Positions 7,724-8,175 of a stretch of DNA of 8,175 nucleotides are shown piece after piece. Below the pieces are notes generated by a model, which saw nothing but the letters and a program-made list of their open reading frames with translations, did not search any database and was not told the origin of the DNA. The position numbers and the translations under genes were made by a program. Source of the stretch: Octopus sinensis (Eukaryota); contig NW_021828531.1 of NCBI RefSeq assembly GCF_006345805.1, positions 1-8,175 on the forward strand, read 5' to 3'. Within the stretch, counting starts at the first letter, position 1; every line of letters begins with the position of its first letter.

Positions 7724-8127
7724 TATTTCTTTACTACCCACAAGGGGCTAAACATAGAGGGGACAAACAAGGACAAAGGGATTAAATCGATTACATCGAC
7801 TCCTGTGCGTAACTGGTACTTAATTTATCGACCACGAAAGGATGAAAGGCAAAGTCGAATTCGGCGGAATTTGAACTCAGAACGTAACGACAGACGAAAT
7901 ACCTTTTTCTTTACTACCCACAAGGGGCTAAACACAGAGAGGACAAATAAGGACAAAGGGATTAAGTCGATTACATCGACTCCAGTGCGTAACTGGTACT
8001 TAATTTATCGACCAAGAAAGGATGAAAGGCAAAGTCGAATTCGGCGGAATTTGAACTCAGAACGTAACGACAGACGAAATACCGCTAAGCATTTCGCCCG
8101 GCGCGCTAACGTTTCTGCCAGCTCGCC
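7724..8127 (-). mobile_element. tRNA-derived SINE family C (Meta-domain-like) with a 180-bp tandem duplication and 13-bp TSD
   Basis: Minus strand begins GGCGAGCTGGCAGAAACGTTAG, B box GAGTTCAAATTCC, core TCGACTTTGCCTTTCATCCTTTC..GGTCGATAAATTAAGTACCAG. TSD GTAGAGGGATACC at 7711-7723 and 8128-8140. Confidence 0.9.
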
Positions 8128-8175
8128 GTAGAGGGATACCGCAGTAAAGGAAGACCTGCCCTTAGGTATAGATTA

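Larger units (their letters stand above)
6122..8175 (+). pseudogene. RTE-clade LINE, decayed 3' part of RT/thumb region, interrupted by a tandem array and two SINEs
   Basis: With frameshifts: GMTISIKK (6122), YKYLGSTV...EINVRISK, TKISVYKSCILRTLLYGAE, KKLASIHMCSLRNVYNIK (6988-7041), TILEKCDITRIKSMLLRIQ (from 7188), MKDDCISKILLY (7258-7293), and after the SINEs VEGYRSKGRPALRYR (from 8128). This order matches RTE C-terminal motifs. Confidence 0.85.

Noticed and set aside
7265-8131. ORFs at 5203-5614, 7265-7673 and 7805-8131
   Set aside because: They lie almost entirely within SINEs; the repeated peptide in 7805-8131 reflects the 180-bp duplication.

Overview
AT-rich, repeat-saturated eukaryotic DNA with no complete gene. 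The tRNA-derived SINE families and dense (TA)n/(TACA)n/(AAT)n microsatellites look like an octopus (coleoid cephalopod) genome; this comes from recalled family sequences, not a search. Contents: (i) several SINEs of at least four families; (ii) two different Penelope-like element (PLE) GIY-YIG endonuclease relics facing each other (4651-5050 +, 5634-6128 -); (iii) a decayed RTE-clade LINE 3' fragment (6122-8175) with an internal 4x187-bp tandem array and two nested SINEs, one a 180-bp dimer with a 13-bp target-site duplication (TSD); (iv) a candidate host terminal coding exon (2970-3062, possibly ML/GM2-activator-like). The most notable signal is a cluster of non-coding, microsatellite-bounded elements carrying type I hammerhead ribozymes (HHR): intact core at 2362-2457 (+), near-intact at 1110-1200 (-), degenerate at 3714-3756 and 4292-4327. 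Two of these elements are fold-backs whose apex sits on a CUGA-box. In one, a perfect 33-bp hairpin is mutually exclusive with the ribozyme fold.
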